From a virus (lineage: Duplodnaviria > Caudoviricetes), in IMG/VR virus record IMGVR_UViG_3300036987_000471, positions 1 through 42,122 of that record: a DNA stretch of 42,122 nt; one strand, given 5' to 3'. Position numbers and translations under genes: made by a program. This document shows, piece after piece, positions 8,234 through 17,669 of the stretch; positions within the stretch are counted from its first letter, which is position 1; each line of letters opens with the position of its first letter. The notes below the pieces were generated by a model. That model ran no database searches, was not told the DNA's origin, and was given only the letters and a program-made list of their open reading frames with translations.

Positions 8234-8234
8234 C
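8228..8234 (+). other. attC inverse core only (GCCTAAC); rest of the site lost
   Basis: TGCCTAAC is the exact complement of the cassette start GTTAGGCA (7235-7242) and overlaps the stop codon, as is typical of gene cassettes. Confidence 0.6.
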
Positions 8235-8462
8235 ACTTATGATGTCCCCAGAATCAAGTGGGCGTAGAGATCTCTTCCGACTTTTTCGGTTCTTTGGCGT
8301 GAAGGCATAGGGCAGATCCCGACTTTGTTTCATGCGCGGGCGCAGGACGGATCCTGCACAAAACACCTATCGAGGGTCACGGGCCGGCGGTGCGTTAGCG
8401 CAGGAAAGCGCCCTGGAGGGGGTTCAGCGCAAGGCGGCTGGCTCAGCCGAGACTTTGACTGT

Positions 8463-8544
8463 AAGGGGTGCCTTCGCGCGCGGGCGGTTTTCTGCGCTGG
8501 GATCTCTTCGCGTGCTTGGATATGCGCTACTACATTGTTCTGAG
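8463..8544 (+). repeat. Leader repeat copy 2, with probable -10 (TACATT) for the R-M operon
   Basis: Same two blocks as 5425-5503; TACATT at 8531-8536. Confidence 0.65.
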
Positions 8545-8591
8545 TAAGCGTTCTGCAAAGTCCCATCCCACTCGTATTATTCAGGATCGCC

Positions 8592-10085
8592 ATGCCGATT
8601 ACCCTAAGAGAACTTGAATCCCACCTCTGGGAGGCTGCCAACATTCTGCGCGGCAGTCCCGTCGACCGTGCAGATTGGAAGTCTTACATCCTGCCCCTGC
8701 TCTTCTTCAAGCGCATATGCGACGTATGGGACGAGGAGCACGCCGCCATGCTGGCGGAGTATGGCGAGGACTTCCAGGATGAGCACCGCTTCCAGGTCCC
8801 GCCGGGCTGCCACTGGATAGACGTGCGCGCCGCGGTGCGCCATGTGGGCACGGCCCTGGCCAACGCCCTGCGTGGCGTGGAGGCGGCCAACCAGCAGCAT
8901 CTCTACGGCGTCTTCGGTGACGCCCAGTGGACGAACAAGGAGCGCTTGCCTGACGAGCTGCTCAAGGACCTGGTGGAGCATTTCTCCTCGTTGGCCATCG
9001 GCAACACGCAGGTGACCTCCGACCTGATGGGCGATGCCTACGAGTACCTCATCAAGCAGTTCGCCGACGCCACCAACAAGAAGGCCGGGGAATTCTATAC
9101 GCCACGCAGCGTGGTGCGCCTGATGGTGGAGATGTTGGACCCCAAGGAAGGCGAGACCATTTACGATCCGGCCTGCGGCACGGGCGGCATGTTGCTGGCC
9201 GCAGTAGCCCATGTGCGCGAAAGGGGTGGCGACCCCCGCACCTTCTTCGGCAGACTCCACGGGCAGGAGAAGAACCTGACTACCGCCTCCGTGGCGCGGA
9301 TGAATCTCTTCCTCCACGGCATCGAGGATTTCCTCATCGAGCGCGGCGACACCCTGCGCAACCCGATCTTCATGGACCCAGCCACACAGGGCTTGGCTAC
9401 CTTCGATGTGGTCATTGCCAATCCTCCCTTCTCCCTGGAAAACTGGGGACGCGAGCTGTGGGAGAACGACCCTTGGGGTCGCGCCTTTGCCGGCCTGCCC
9501 AGCGACAGCAACGGCGACATGGCCTGGGTGCAGCACATGGTGACCTCCATGGCCGCGCGTACCGGCCGCATGGCCGTGGTGTTGCCCCAGGGCGCGCTCT
9601 TCCGCGGCGGTGTGGAAGGCCAGATCCGTCGGCACTTGCTCCAGGCCGATCTTGTTGAGGCCGTCATCGGATTGGCGCCCAACCTCTTCTACGGCACGGG
9701 CCTGGCGGCCAGCGTGTTGTTGCTGCGGCGCAGTAAACCCGCCGATCGCCGTGCCAAGGTCCTCATCATCGACGCGTCCAGCCTCTTCCGCAAGGGCCGC
9801 GCGCAGAACTTCCTCGATCCATCTCACGCCGCCGAGATTCTGGGATGGGTGCGCGGCTTCCAGTCCGTGGAGGACCGCACGGCCGTGGTCAGCCTGGCGG
9901 ACATCGAGAAGGAAGGCTGGACCCTCAACATCTCGCGCTACGTGTTACCCCCCGTAGGCGCGGACATCCCGCCGCTGCCCGAGGCCATCGCGGCCTTCAA
10001 GGAGGCTCTGGCGCACTGCCGCGAGGCAGAGGATGAGCTTCGCCGCGTGATACATGAAGGCGGCTGGCTGGGGGATCAAACATGA
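8592..10085 (+). CDS. hsdM: Type I R-M methyltransferase subunit 1 (NPPF)
   Basis: LWEAANILRG, GEFYTPRSVV, IYDPACGTGGML, ANPPF. Confidence 0.95.
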   Translation: MPITLRELESHLWEAANILRGSPVDRADWKSYILPLLFFKRICDVWDEEHAAMLAEYGEDFQDEHRFQVPPGCHWIDVRAAVRHVGTALANALRGVEAANQQHLYGVFGDAQWTNKERLPDELLKDLVEHFSSLAIGNTQVTSDLMGDAYEYLIKQFADATNKKAGEFYTPRSVVRLMVEMLDPKEGETIYDPACGTGGMLLAAVAHVRERGGDPRTFFGRLHGQEKNLTTASVARMNLFLHGIEDFLIERGDTLRNPIFMDPATQGLATFDVVIANPPFSLENWGRELWENDPWGRAFAGLPSDSNGDMAWVQHMVTSMAARTGRMAVVLPQGALFRGGVEGQIRRHLLQADLVEAVIGLAPNLFYGTGLAASVLLLRRSKPADRRAKVLIIDASSLFRKGRAQNFLDPSHAAEILGWVRGFQSVEDRTAVVSLADIEKEGWTLNISRYVLPPVGADIPPLPEAIAAFKEALAHCREAEDELRRVIHEGGWLGDQT

Positions 10086-11602
10086 GCCGAATGACCCAGG
10101 CTGAGTTGGAGGCCTACCTCTGGGGCGCCGCCGTTTACCTGCGCGGGCTGGTGGACGCTGGGGACTACAAGCAGTTCATCTTCCCCTTGCTTTTCTACAA
10201 GCGGCTCTCCGATGTCTGGGATGAAGACCACGCTGTCGCGCTGGCCGAGTCCGGCGATGCCGACTATGCCCGCGCCACGGCCAACGACCGCTTCGTCATC
10301 CCGGAGGGCAGCCACTGGCAGGATGTGCGGGCTGCCGCCAAGGACGTGGGCCGCGCCCTGCTGAACGCCCTGCGGGCCATCGAGGCGGCCAACCCAGGAA
10401 AGCTTGATGGCATCTTTGGCGACGCGTCTTGGACCAACAAGGAACGCCTGCCCGACGCCACGCTGAAGAACCTGCTGGAGCACGTCTCCGGCCACACGCT
10501 TTCCTTGGCCGAGGTGCCCGATGACGAGCTGGGCAATGGCTACGAGTTCCTCATCAAGAAATTCGCCGACGACAGCGGCCACACGGCCCAGGAGTTCTAC
10601 ACCAACCGGACTGTCGTGCATCTGATGGTCCAGTTGTTGGCGCCCCAGCCTGGCGAGAGCATCTACGACCCCACCTGCGGCACGGGCGGCATGCTGATCA
10701 ACGCGCTAGCCGAGGTCAAGCGCGTTGGCGGCGAGCACCGCACCCTGCGCCTCTTCGGCCAGGAACGCAACCATATGACCGCCTCCATCGCCCGCATGAA
10801 CCTGGTGCTGCACGGCGTGGAGGACTCCCAGATCGCCCGGGGCGACACCCTGGCTGCTCCGGCATTCACAGAGCGCGACCGCCTGCGCACCTTCGATGTG
10901 GTGCTGGCCAATCCGCCCTATTCCATCAAGCAGTGGAACCGCGAAGCCTGGAGCAGCGACCCCTGGGGCCGCAACTTCCTGGGCACGCCGCCCCAGGGCC
11001 GCGCCGACTACGCCTTCTTACAGCATATCCTCAAGAGCCTGTACCCCAAGAGCGGCCGCTGCGCCATCCTCTTCCCCCACGGCGTGCTCTTCCGCAAGGA
11101 GGAGGCGGAGATGCGCCGCTTCCTAGTGGAGGCAGACTGGGTGGACTGCGTGCTGGGCCTGGGCGCTGGCCTCTTTTACAACTCGCCCATGGAGGCCTGC
11201 GTAGTGATCTGCCGGGCCTGCAAGCCCGCCGAGCGACGCGGCAAGGTGCTGTTCATCGACGCGGTGAACGAGGTAGCGCGGGAACGCTCCACGAGCCTTC
11301 TCCGGCCCGAGCACCTGGAGCACATCGAAGCAGCTTACTCGGCCCACGCGGACCAACCAGGCTTCGCGACCGTGGCGAGCCTTGAGCAAATCGCCGCCCA
11401 GGGCCACAGCCTCTCCATTCCCCTTTACGTCAAGCGAACCTCCAAAGGCGTTGGCGCGAGCTCTGGCGAGGCCGCCACACTGGCGGGAGCCTGGGCCGCC
11501 TGGGAAGCGTCCGGGCGAGAGTTCTGGTTGCAGATGGACAGCGTGGTAGAGTTGCTGGACGGGCTGGTGGATGAGACCGCGACGGAGGCCGGCGATGAGT
11601 GA
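10082..11602 (+). CDS. hsdM: Type I R-M methyltransferase subunit 2 (NPPY)
   Basis: LWGAAVYLRG, AQEFYTNRTVV, IYDPTCGTGGML, ANPPY. Confidence 0.95.
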   Translation: MSRMTQAELEAYLWGAAVYLRGLVDAGDYKQFIFPLLFYKRLSDVWDEDHAVALAESGDADYARATANDRFVIPEGSHWQDVRAAAKDVGRALLNALRAIEAANPGKLDGIFGDASWTNKERLPDATLKNLLEHVSGHTLSLAEVPDDELGNGYEFLIKKFADDSGHTAQEFYTNRTVVHLMVQLLAPQPGESIYDPTCGTGGMLINALAEVKRVGGEHRTLRLFGQERNHMTASIARMNLVLHGVEDSQIARGDTLAAPAFTERDRLRTFDVVLANPPYSIKQWNREAWSSDPWGRNFLGTPPQGRADYAFLQHILKSLYPKSGRCAILFPHGVLFRKEEAEMRRFLVEADWVDCVLGLGAGLFYNSPMEACVVICRACKPAERRGKVLFIDAVNEVARERSTSLLRPEHLEHIEAAYSAHADQPGFATVASLEQIAAQGHSLSIPLYVKRTSKGVGASSGEAATLAGAWAAWEASGREFWLQMDSVVELLDGLVDETATEAGDE

Positions 11603-12764
11603 GTTGAAGCCCGGCTGGACCCGCGTGCGCTTCGGCGACCTAGCCCATCACATTACCGACCGTGTGGACAACCCCTCCGAGGCGGGCGTAGAGCGCTATG
11701 TGGGCTTGGAACACCTCGACTCGGACAGCCTGACCATCCGCCGCTGGGGCACGCCGGACCAGGTGGAATCCACCAAGCTCCGCTTCCAACCCGGCGACAT
11801 CATCTTCGGCAAGCGCCGCGCCTACCAACGCAAATTGGCCGTCGCCGACGTCGAGGGCATCTGCTCGGCTCACGCCATGGTGCTGCGCGCCAAGCCCGGA
11901 GCTGTCCTGCCCGACTTTTTGCCCTTCTTCATGCAAAGCGATGTGTTCATGGAACGGGCGCAGTCGATCTCGGTAGGCTCCTTGTCGCCGACCATCAACT
12001 GGAAGACCCTTGCGTCAGAAGAGTTCGCGTTGCCGCCGCTGACCGAGCAGCAACGGCTACTTCAGCTAATTCAATCGGCTACACAAACCATATATGAGCT
12101 GTACAACTTAAACCAAGTTCTTAAGGTGCTTCGCGGTTCTTTAAGAGTGGAATATTTCGAAGATAAAGCGAGACACATTAGGCTCATTCGCGACTGTGTG
12201 GTTAATAACGGAGTTCAAATCGGACCATTTGGTGCCCAGCTGCATCAGTCTGACTATAGTGAGGAGGGCGTTCCGGTCATCATGCCGCAAAACATGATCG
12301 ATGACAAGGTACTAGTTGACGGCATCGCGCGCGTCCCTTTGGAGATTGCACGAAGATTGAGTGTCCATCAGGTCCAGGTTGGTGATATCCTTCTACCTCG
12401 TCGTGGTGAGCTTGATCGTCGTGCTTTGATTACTAGTGAGAATGATGGTTGGCTATGTGGAACAGGGTCAGTTCGAATCAGACTTGATCCATCAATACCT
12501 TCAGATCTGGCAGTTGAGTCACTTGCATCGCGGAAGTCAATGATGTGGTTGAACGCAAATGCCGTTGGCACGACGATGCAAAACATAAACACTTCAATCG
12601 TAGAGTCCATACCTCTTTCACTCCCATCATCTGAAGCGTGGGCTTATGCATCTCAGTTGTTTGGTTTTGTTAGGAGTGCTCTGTCTGCGGTAGAAGTACG
12701 GCGCGAGATGGCTATCAAACAAATACACAAGGCGGTGAACGGAGAAAACTCTGATGCCCTTTAA
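11595..12764 (+). CDS. hsdS: Type I R-M specificity subunit
   Basis: GWTRVRFGD start, two TRDs, LPPLTEQQR conserved region, GPFGAQL in TRD2. GGAGG RBS before ATG 11595. Confidence 0.92.
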   Translation: MSELKPGWTRVRFGDLAHHITDRVDNPSEAGVERYVGLEHLDSDSLTIRRWGTPDQVESTKLRFQPGDIIFGKRRAYQRKLAVADVEGICSAHAMVLRAKPGAVLPDFLPFFMQSDVFMERAQSISVGSLSPTINWKTLASEEFALPPLTEQQRLLQLIQSATQTIYELYNLNQVLKVLRGSLRVEYFEDKARHIRLIRDCVVNNGVQIGPFGAQLHQSDYSEEGVPVIMPQNMIDDKVLVDGIARVPLEIARRLSVHQVQVGDILLPRRGELDRRALITSENDGWLCGTGSVRIRLDPSIPSDLAVESLASRKSMMWLNANAVGTTMQNINTSIVESIPLSLPSSEAWAYASQLFGFVRSALSAVEVRREMAIKQIHKAVNGENSDAL

Positions 12765-15717
12765 TGAAGCCTCCACCGTCGAGACTCTCATCCGCGACCT
12801 CCTCTGCGGCGGCGTCACCCACCACACGGCCATCGGTCCCGGCTTGGCCCGTCGCGACGGCGCCCTCTCCGGCATGGGCTGGCACTACTTGGCGCTCCAG
12901 CACCTGCCCCGGCGCACCAATGATGTCTTCGTGGAGGCCTGGCTGCGCGAGGCGCTGATCCGGCTGAACCCGGAGATCGCCGCCCAGCCCGAGCGTGCCG
13001 ACGAGGTGCTCTACAAGCTGCGGGCCATTGTGCTGGCCGTGCGCAGCGACGGGCTCATCCGCGCCAACGAGGAACTGACCGCCTGGCTGCGCGGGGATCG
13101 CAGCATGCCCTTTGGCCCCGACCACCAGCACTGCGGCGTGCGCCTGATCGATTTCGAGACCCTGGAGAACAACGAGTACGTTGTCACCACCCAGTTCAGC
13201 TTCCGCGCCGGCCCCGCCGAGCGCCGCGCCGACCTGGTGCTGCTGGTTAACGGGCTGCCGCTGGTCCTGATCGAGGCCAAGACGCCCGTGCGCCAGGCCG
13301 TCAGCTGGCTGGACGGCGCCCTGCAGGTCCACGACGACTATGAGGTCAACGTCCCCGAGCTCTTCGTCGCCAATGTCTTCAGCGTGGCCACCGAGGGCAA
13401 GGAGCTGAAGTACGGCAGTGTACGCATGCCCGTCAACCTCTGGGGTCCCTGGCGCGAGGACGAGGCCGTGCCGGGCACGCTGGCCGGACTCCAGGCGGCG
13501 GTGGGCGGACTGCTGCGGCCCGCCGTGGTGCTGGACATCCTGGCCCACTTCACCCTCTTCGCCACGGACAAGAAGAAGCGCCGCATCAAGGTGGTCTGCC
13601 GCTACCAGCAGTACCAGGCCGCCAACCTCATCGTCCAGCGCGTGCTGGCTGGCCGGCCTCGCAAGGGCCTCATTTGGCACTTCCAGGGATCGGGCAAGAG
13701 CCTGCTGATGGTCTTCGCCGCGCAGAAGCTGCGCCTGCAGCCGGCGCTGGGGAACCCGGCGGTGATCATCGTGGTGGACCGCATCGATCTGGACGCGCAG
13801 ATCAGCAGCACCTTCCACGCCAGCGACGTGCCCAACCTGGTCAAGGCCGAGACCCGCGCCGACCTCCAGCGGCTGCTGCAGCAGGACACGCGCAAGATCA
13901 TCATCGCCACCATCCACAAGTTCGGTGAGGCCGAGGGACTGCTCAACGACAGCGAGCGGCTGGTGGTGCTGGTGGACGAGGCCCACCGCACCCAGGAGGG
14001 CGACCTGGGCATCAAGATGCGCACGGCCCTGCCCAATGCCTTCCTCTTCGGCCTGACCGGCACGCCCATCAATCGCCGCGACCGCAACACCTTCTATGCC
14101 TTCGGCGCCGATGAAGACCGTCACGGCTACCTGAGCCGCTACGGCTTCGAGGAGTCCATCCGCGACGGCGCCACCCTGCCCCTCACCTTTGAGCCGCGCC
14201 TGGTGGAGCTGCACATCGACAAGGCCGCCATCGACGAGGCCTACGCCGCGCTAACGGGCGAGCTAAGCGACTTGGACAAGGACAACTTGGCCAAGACCGC
14301 TAGCCGCATGAGCGTGCTGGTAAAGGCCCCGGAGCGCGTGCAGGCCATTTGCACAGACATCGCCATGCACTTCCAGGAGAAGGTGGCCCCCAATGGCTTC
14401 AAGGGCATGGTGGTGACCTTCGACCAGGAGTGCTGCCTGCTCTACAAGGCGGCGCTGGACCAGCTCCTGCTCCCGGAGGCCAGCGAGGTGGTGATCTCCG
14501 CCACGGGCAGCGACCCGCGCTTCCGACCCTACGACCGCGGCCGCGACGAGGAGGAGCGCCTGCTGGACCGCTTCCGCGATCCCAATGATCCGCTCAAGCT
14601 GCTCATCGTTACGGCCAAGCTTCTGACGGGCTTCGACGCGCCCATCCTGCAGGCCATGTACCTGGACAAGCCCCTGCGCGACCACACGCTGCTGCAGGCG
14701 GTCTGCCGCACCAACCGCACCTACGGTAACCAGAAGAGCCACGGCCTCATTGTGGACTACCTGGGCGTCTTCGACGATATCGCCAAGGCCCTGGAGTTCG
14801 ACGAGCAGGGCTTCCGCAAAGTGATCTCCAACATCGAGGCGCTCAAGGATCAACTCGCAACGGCGGTGCAGAAGTGCATGGCCTACTTCCCCGGCGTGGA
14901 CCGCGCCCAGACGGGCTACGAGGGACTGATGGCGGCCCAGGAGTGCCTGCCCAACAACACGGTGCGCGACGCCTTCGCCGCGGACTTCAGCGTGTTGCAG
15001 CAGCTCTGGGAGGCAATCTCGCCCGACCCCATTCTCACCCGGTTCGAGGTGGACTACAAGTGGCTCTGCCAGGTCTACCAATCCGTCCAGCCCACCTCGG
15101 GCGCGGGCAAGCTGATTTGGCACAGCCTGGGCGCCAAGACCATCGAACTCATCCACCAGAACGTCCACGTGGACGCTGTGCGCGATGATCTGGAAGCCCT
15201 GGTGGTGGATGCTGAGTTGCTTGAAGCCGTGCTGGATACGCCGGACACGGGCAAGAAGGCCAAGGAGTTCGAGCTGAAGCTCACGGCCCGCCTGCGCAAG
15301 CACATGGGCATCCCGCGCTTCAAACGGCTCTCGGAGCGACTGGAGGCGCTGAAGGAGAAGCACGAGCAGGGGCTACTCAACAGCATCGATTTCCTCAAGC
15401 ACCTACTGGAGCTGGCTCAAGAACTCCTGCAGGCCGAGCAAGAAACGCCGCCCCAGGAAGACGAGGACCGCGGCCGTGCCGCCCTGACGGAGCTGTTCCA
15501 GCAGGTGCGAAATGAGCAGACCCCGGTCATCGTGGATCGCGTGGTGGCTGACGTGGACGAGATCGTCAAGCAGGTGCGCTTCGCCGGCTGGCAGCACACC
15601 AGCCAGGGCGAGCGCGAGGTCAAGCAGGCCCTGCGCCGCACGCTGCTGAAGTACCGCCTGCACCAGGACCTGGAGCTGTTCGGGCAGGCTTACGGTTACA
15701 TCCGGCAATACTATTGA
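12754..15717 (+). CDS. hsdR: Type I R-M restriction subunit
   Basis: DLVLLVNGLPLVLIEAK nuclease motif, HFQGSGKS Walker A, DEAH, LTGTP, LLTGFDAP, QAVCRTNR. Confidence 0.95.
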   Translation: MPFNEASTVETLIRDLLCGGVTHHTAIGPGLARRDGALSGMGWHYLALQHLPRRTNDVFVEAWLREALIRLNPEIAAQPERADEVLYKLRAIVLAVRSDGLIRANEELTAWLRGDRSMPFGPDHQHCGVRLIDFETLENNEYVVTTQFSFRAGPAERRADLVLLVNGLPLVLIEAKTPVRQAVSWLDGALQVHDDYEVNVPELFVANVFSVATEGKELKYGSVRMPVNLWGPWREDEAVPGTLAGLQAAVGGLLRPAVVLDILAHFTLFATDKKKRRIKVVCRYQQYQAANLIVQRVLAGRPRKGLIWHFQGSGKSLLMVFAAQKLRLQPALGNPAVIIVVDRIDLDAQISSTFHASDVPNLVKAETRADLQRLLQQDTRKIIIATIHKFGEAEGLLNDSERLVVLVDEAHRTQEGDLGIKMRTALPNAFLFGLTGTPINRRDRNTFYAFGADEDRHGYLSRYGFEESIRDGATLPLTFEPRLVELHIDKAAIDEAYAALTGELSDLDKDNLAKTASRMSVLVKAPERVQAICTDIAMHFQEKVAPNGFKGMVVTFDQECCLLYKAALDQLLLPEASEVVISATGSDPRFRPYDRGRDEEERLLDRFRDPNDPLKLLIVTAKLLTGFDAPILQAMYLDKPLRDHTLLQAVCRTNRTYGNQKSHGLIVDYLGVFDDIAKALEFDEQGFRKVISNIEALKDQLATAVQKCMAYFPGVDRAQTGYEGLMAAQECLPNNTVRDAFAADFSVLQQLWEAISPDPILTRFEVDYKWLCQVYQSVQPTSGAGKLIWHSLGAKTIELIHQNVHVDAVRDDLEALVVDAELLEAVLDTPDTGKKAKEFELKLTARLRKHMGIPRFKRLSERLEALKEKHEQGLLNSIDFLKHLLELAQELLQAEQETPPQEDEDRGRAALTELFQQVRNEQTPVIVDRVVADVDEIVKQVRFAGWQHTSQGEREVKQALRRTLLKYRLHQDLELFGQAYGYIRQYY

Positions 15718-15869
15718 GTGGGCCGTGGACTTCTCGGAAGCGGCTGGTGTAAAATGAGGTATCCCTTCGGTTGCGTGAGTTACCTTACTGATCGCAAACA
15801 GGGTCGTTTTCGGACATCGAGCAATATTCCGAATTATGGTTGCACGGCATTGAGATCAAGAGATTCCTC

Positions 15870-15903
15870 TTGCAAAATCGGTTTCTGGAGTTAACTTATA
15901 AGT
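15870..15903 (+). promoter_or_regulatory. Putative promoter/operator of the TAC operon
   Basis: TTGCAA-N16-TAACTT. A 10 bp palindrome ACTTATAAGT (15894-15903) overlaps the -10 and the start codon. Confidence 0.4.
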
Positions 15904-16420
15904 GAAGACCGTCGTCAAGCTCAACGCGTGGATGGAGAATGATGGCAGATGCGTGTATCACGCACGGCTGGCTGATCATGAGCAATCATTAGCGGGTGAG
16001 CTTGCTCAGACAGTTCGAGGGAACCAGGAGGCCACGGAACAACTGCAAGAGATTCTGACGCAGGTACGCCTGATGTGCATACGGTTCAGATTTCAATTGC
16101 AGTACTTCCGTCACGAGGGACACCGCCATGACAGCCTTTATGCCCTACCTGACAAGCGTGAAGCACATCCCATCATTCGTCTCTACTGCCTTAAACTGAG
16201 CGAAAGCACCTTGATCCTGGGGGGAGGCGGCTACAAGCCGGACGGCCGCCCTTATCAGGAGCACCCTGTGCTCAACTGGCATGCTGAGCTACTCCAGAAG
16301 CTAGAAGCAGCTATCGAAATTGCGCGCTGCAATGGGTCGATAAGATTCTCCAGCGCCGGTCGATTGGAAGGCATGTTTCCACTTCAATTTGAGATTGATC
16401 ATGATCAATATCCTGGATGA
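15902..16420 (+). CDS. Putative RelE/HigB-like toxin of a TAC system
   Basis: FRHEG...LYALP...IRLYCLKL....LILGGGGYK pattern; lies upstream of an XRE antitoxin. Start uncertain. Confidence 0.6.
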   Translation: MKTVVKLNAWMENDGRCVYHARLADHEQSLAGELAQTVRGNQEATEQLQEILTQVRLMCIRFRFQLQYFRHEGHRHDSLYALPDKREAHPIIRLYCLKLSESTLILGGGGYKPDGRPYQEHPVLNWHAELLQKLEAAIEIARCNGSIRFSSAGRLEGMFPLQFEIDHDQYPG

Positions 16421-16766
16421 CCTGCTGAACGGCACCCCCGCCCACCTTTCGAAAAAGGTGGAGCACCTGATGGAGCTGGCTGCATCCATCGTGGAGCGAC
16501 TCGAAGCCAAAGGCCTGAGCAAGGCAGATCTGGCGCGAAGGCTGGACATGGAGCCGCCTCAGCTCACCCGTATTCTTTCAGGTTCTGCCAATGTGACAAT
16601 GGAGACCATTGCCCGTCTGGAAACGGCCCTTGGGGAAAACTTGATCATTATTCCGGTGCCCTCAGAACAACGTATCCCCTTCGAGATCCAAAGTCAAGAA
16701 ACGACTGAAATCTGGGGTGCACAGGCCTTTCTTCCTAAGTATAAAATGGCTGACTGTAGAGGCTAA
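16401..16766 (+). CDS. HigA-like XRE HTH antitoxin with C-terminal extension (ChAD-like)
   Basis: GLSKADLARRLDMEPPQLTRILSGSANVTMETIARLETALG followed by a ~40 aa tail. Confidence 0.8.
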   Translation: MINILDDLLNGTPAHLSKKVEHLMELAASIVERLEAKGLSKADLARRLDMEPPQLTRILSGSANVTMETIARLETALGENLIIIPVPSEQRIPFEIQSQETTEIWGAQAFLPKYKMADCRG

Positions 16767-16768
16767 AC

Positions 16769-17197
16769 ATGGAAACGGAAGAGAGAGTGGTCTCATTTCA
16801 ATTAATGACCGTCTCGATCGAGAGGTTTTCATTTGATGCGACTACCAGTACTGATGGTGAAAAATGGATTGAACAAGGATTAAGGTATGGTTCCAATATT
16901 GAAGAAGAATCTATTATTATCTGGCTCTCTGTAAAATTGATGACAGGCACTACCGAATCACCTAGTTGTTATGCAGACATTGTCTTAACTCTTAAATTTA
17001 GGATTCAGTCTTTCACTGATGTCTTTGATATTGATGATAAATTGGGTGTGAAGATCCCAGATCAGCTTTTACGATCACTAATAGCTATTACGTATTCCAC
17101 TGCTCGTGGGGTTTTGCTCGGAAAAGGGGTTCGTGCTGTATTGCCAGTAATTGATCCTGGATCGCTTCTTGTAGGACAAAGTCGAGTGACTGAATGA
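16769..17197 (+). CDS. SecB-like chaperone
   Basis: FQLMTVSIERFSF...beta strands...LIAITYSTARGVL...VLPVIDP, 142 aa, third gene after a TA pair. Confidence 0.7.
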   Translation: METEERVVSFQLMTVSIERFSFDATTSTDGEKWIEQGLRYGSNIEEESIIIWLSVKLMTGTTESPSCYADIVLTLKFRIQSFTDVFDIDDKLGVKIPDQLLRSLIAITYSTARGVLLGKGVRAVLPVIDPGSLLVGQSRVTE

Positions 17198-17291
17198 TAC
17201 AATTTGCAAGTGATGGCATACTGCATGTCAATTTTAAACTTCACTTAATAGCGGGCCATAGGGCCCGATATTCTGATAGATTAAATTTTAG

Positions 17292-17549
17292 TTAGCCTTG
17301 AGCTTTTGTCGGCGTGAGTGCTTCCAACTTCTCACTGATCTGCTCGACACGTTCCTTCAGCGCCTGCATCCGCCCCATCACCGTGGCCATCTCCGCCTGA
17401 AGCTGCGCATCCTGCCCAAGCTGCAGGAAGGCCTGCTGCAGCTGGACATCCACGCGGCCCAGCCGCTTGCGGGCGCCGCCCAGGGTCTCGCGTCCCAGCG
17501 CCACCTGCCCCGGCACGAAGGCCTTCACGTCCCAGTTCTGCTTTGCCAT
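17292..17549 (-). CDS. Small coiled-coil protein (paralog of 22214-22477)
   Basis: AAGGAG RBS; MAKQNWDVKAFV...LQQAFLQLGQD...VMGR shared with the paralog. Confidence 0.75.
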   Translation of the reverse strand: MAKQNWDVKAFVPGQVALGRETLGGARKRLGRVDVQLQQAFLQLGQDAQLQAEMATVMGRMQALKERVEQISEKLEALTPTKAQG

Positions 17550-17669
17550 TGCTCGTCTCCTTGCTTGGTGCCCAGGTGCTTCTGCACGTGGGTTGTGATC
17601 GGGTGTGTCAGTTTTCAATCGGCGCTGGCACGGCGGTAGCGCGTCTGCCGTCCGCGGCCGTGATAGCGC

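Noticed and set aside
8231-8254. ACACTTATGATGTCC as a hybrid of the attC inverse core and the module-repeat dyad half-site
   Set aside because: Similarity to ACATTTATAGATGTCC is short and needs a gap; too weak to claim.
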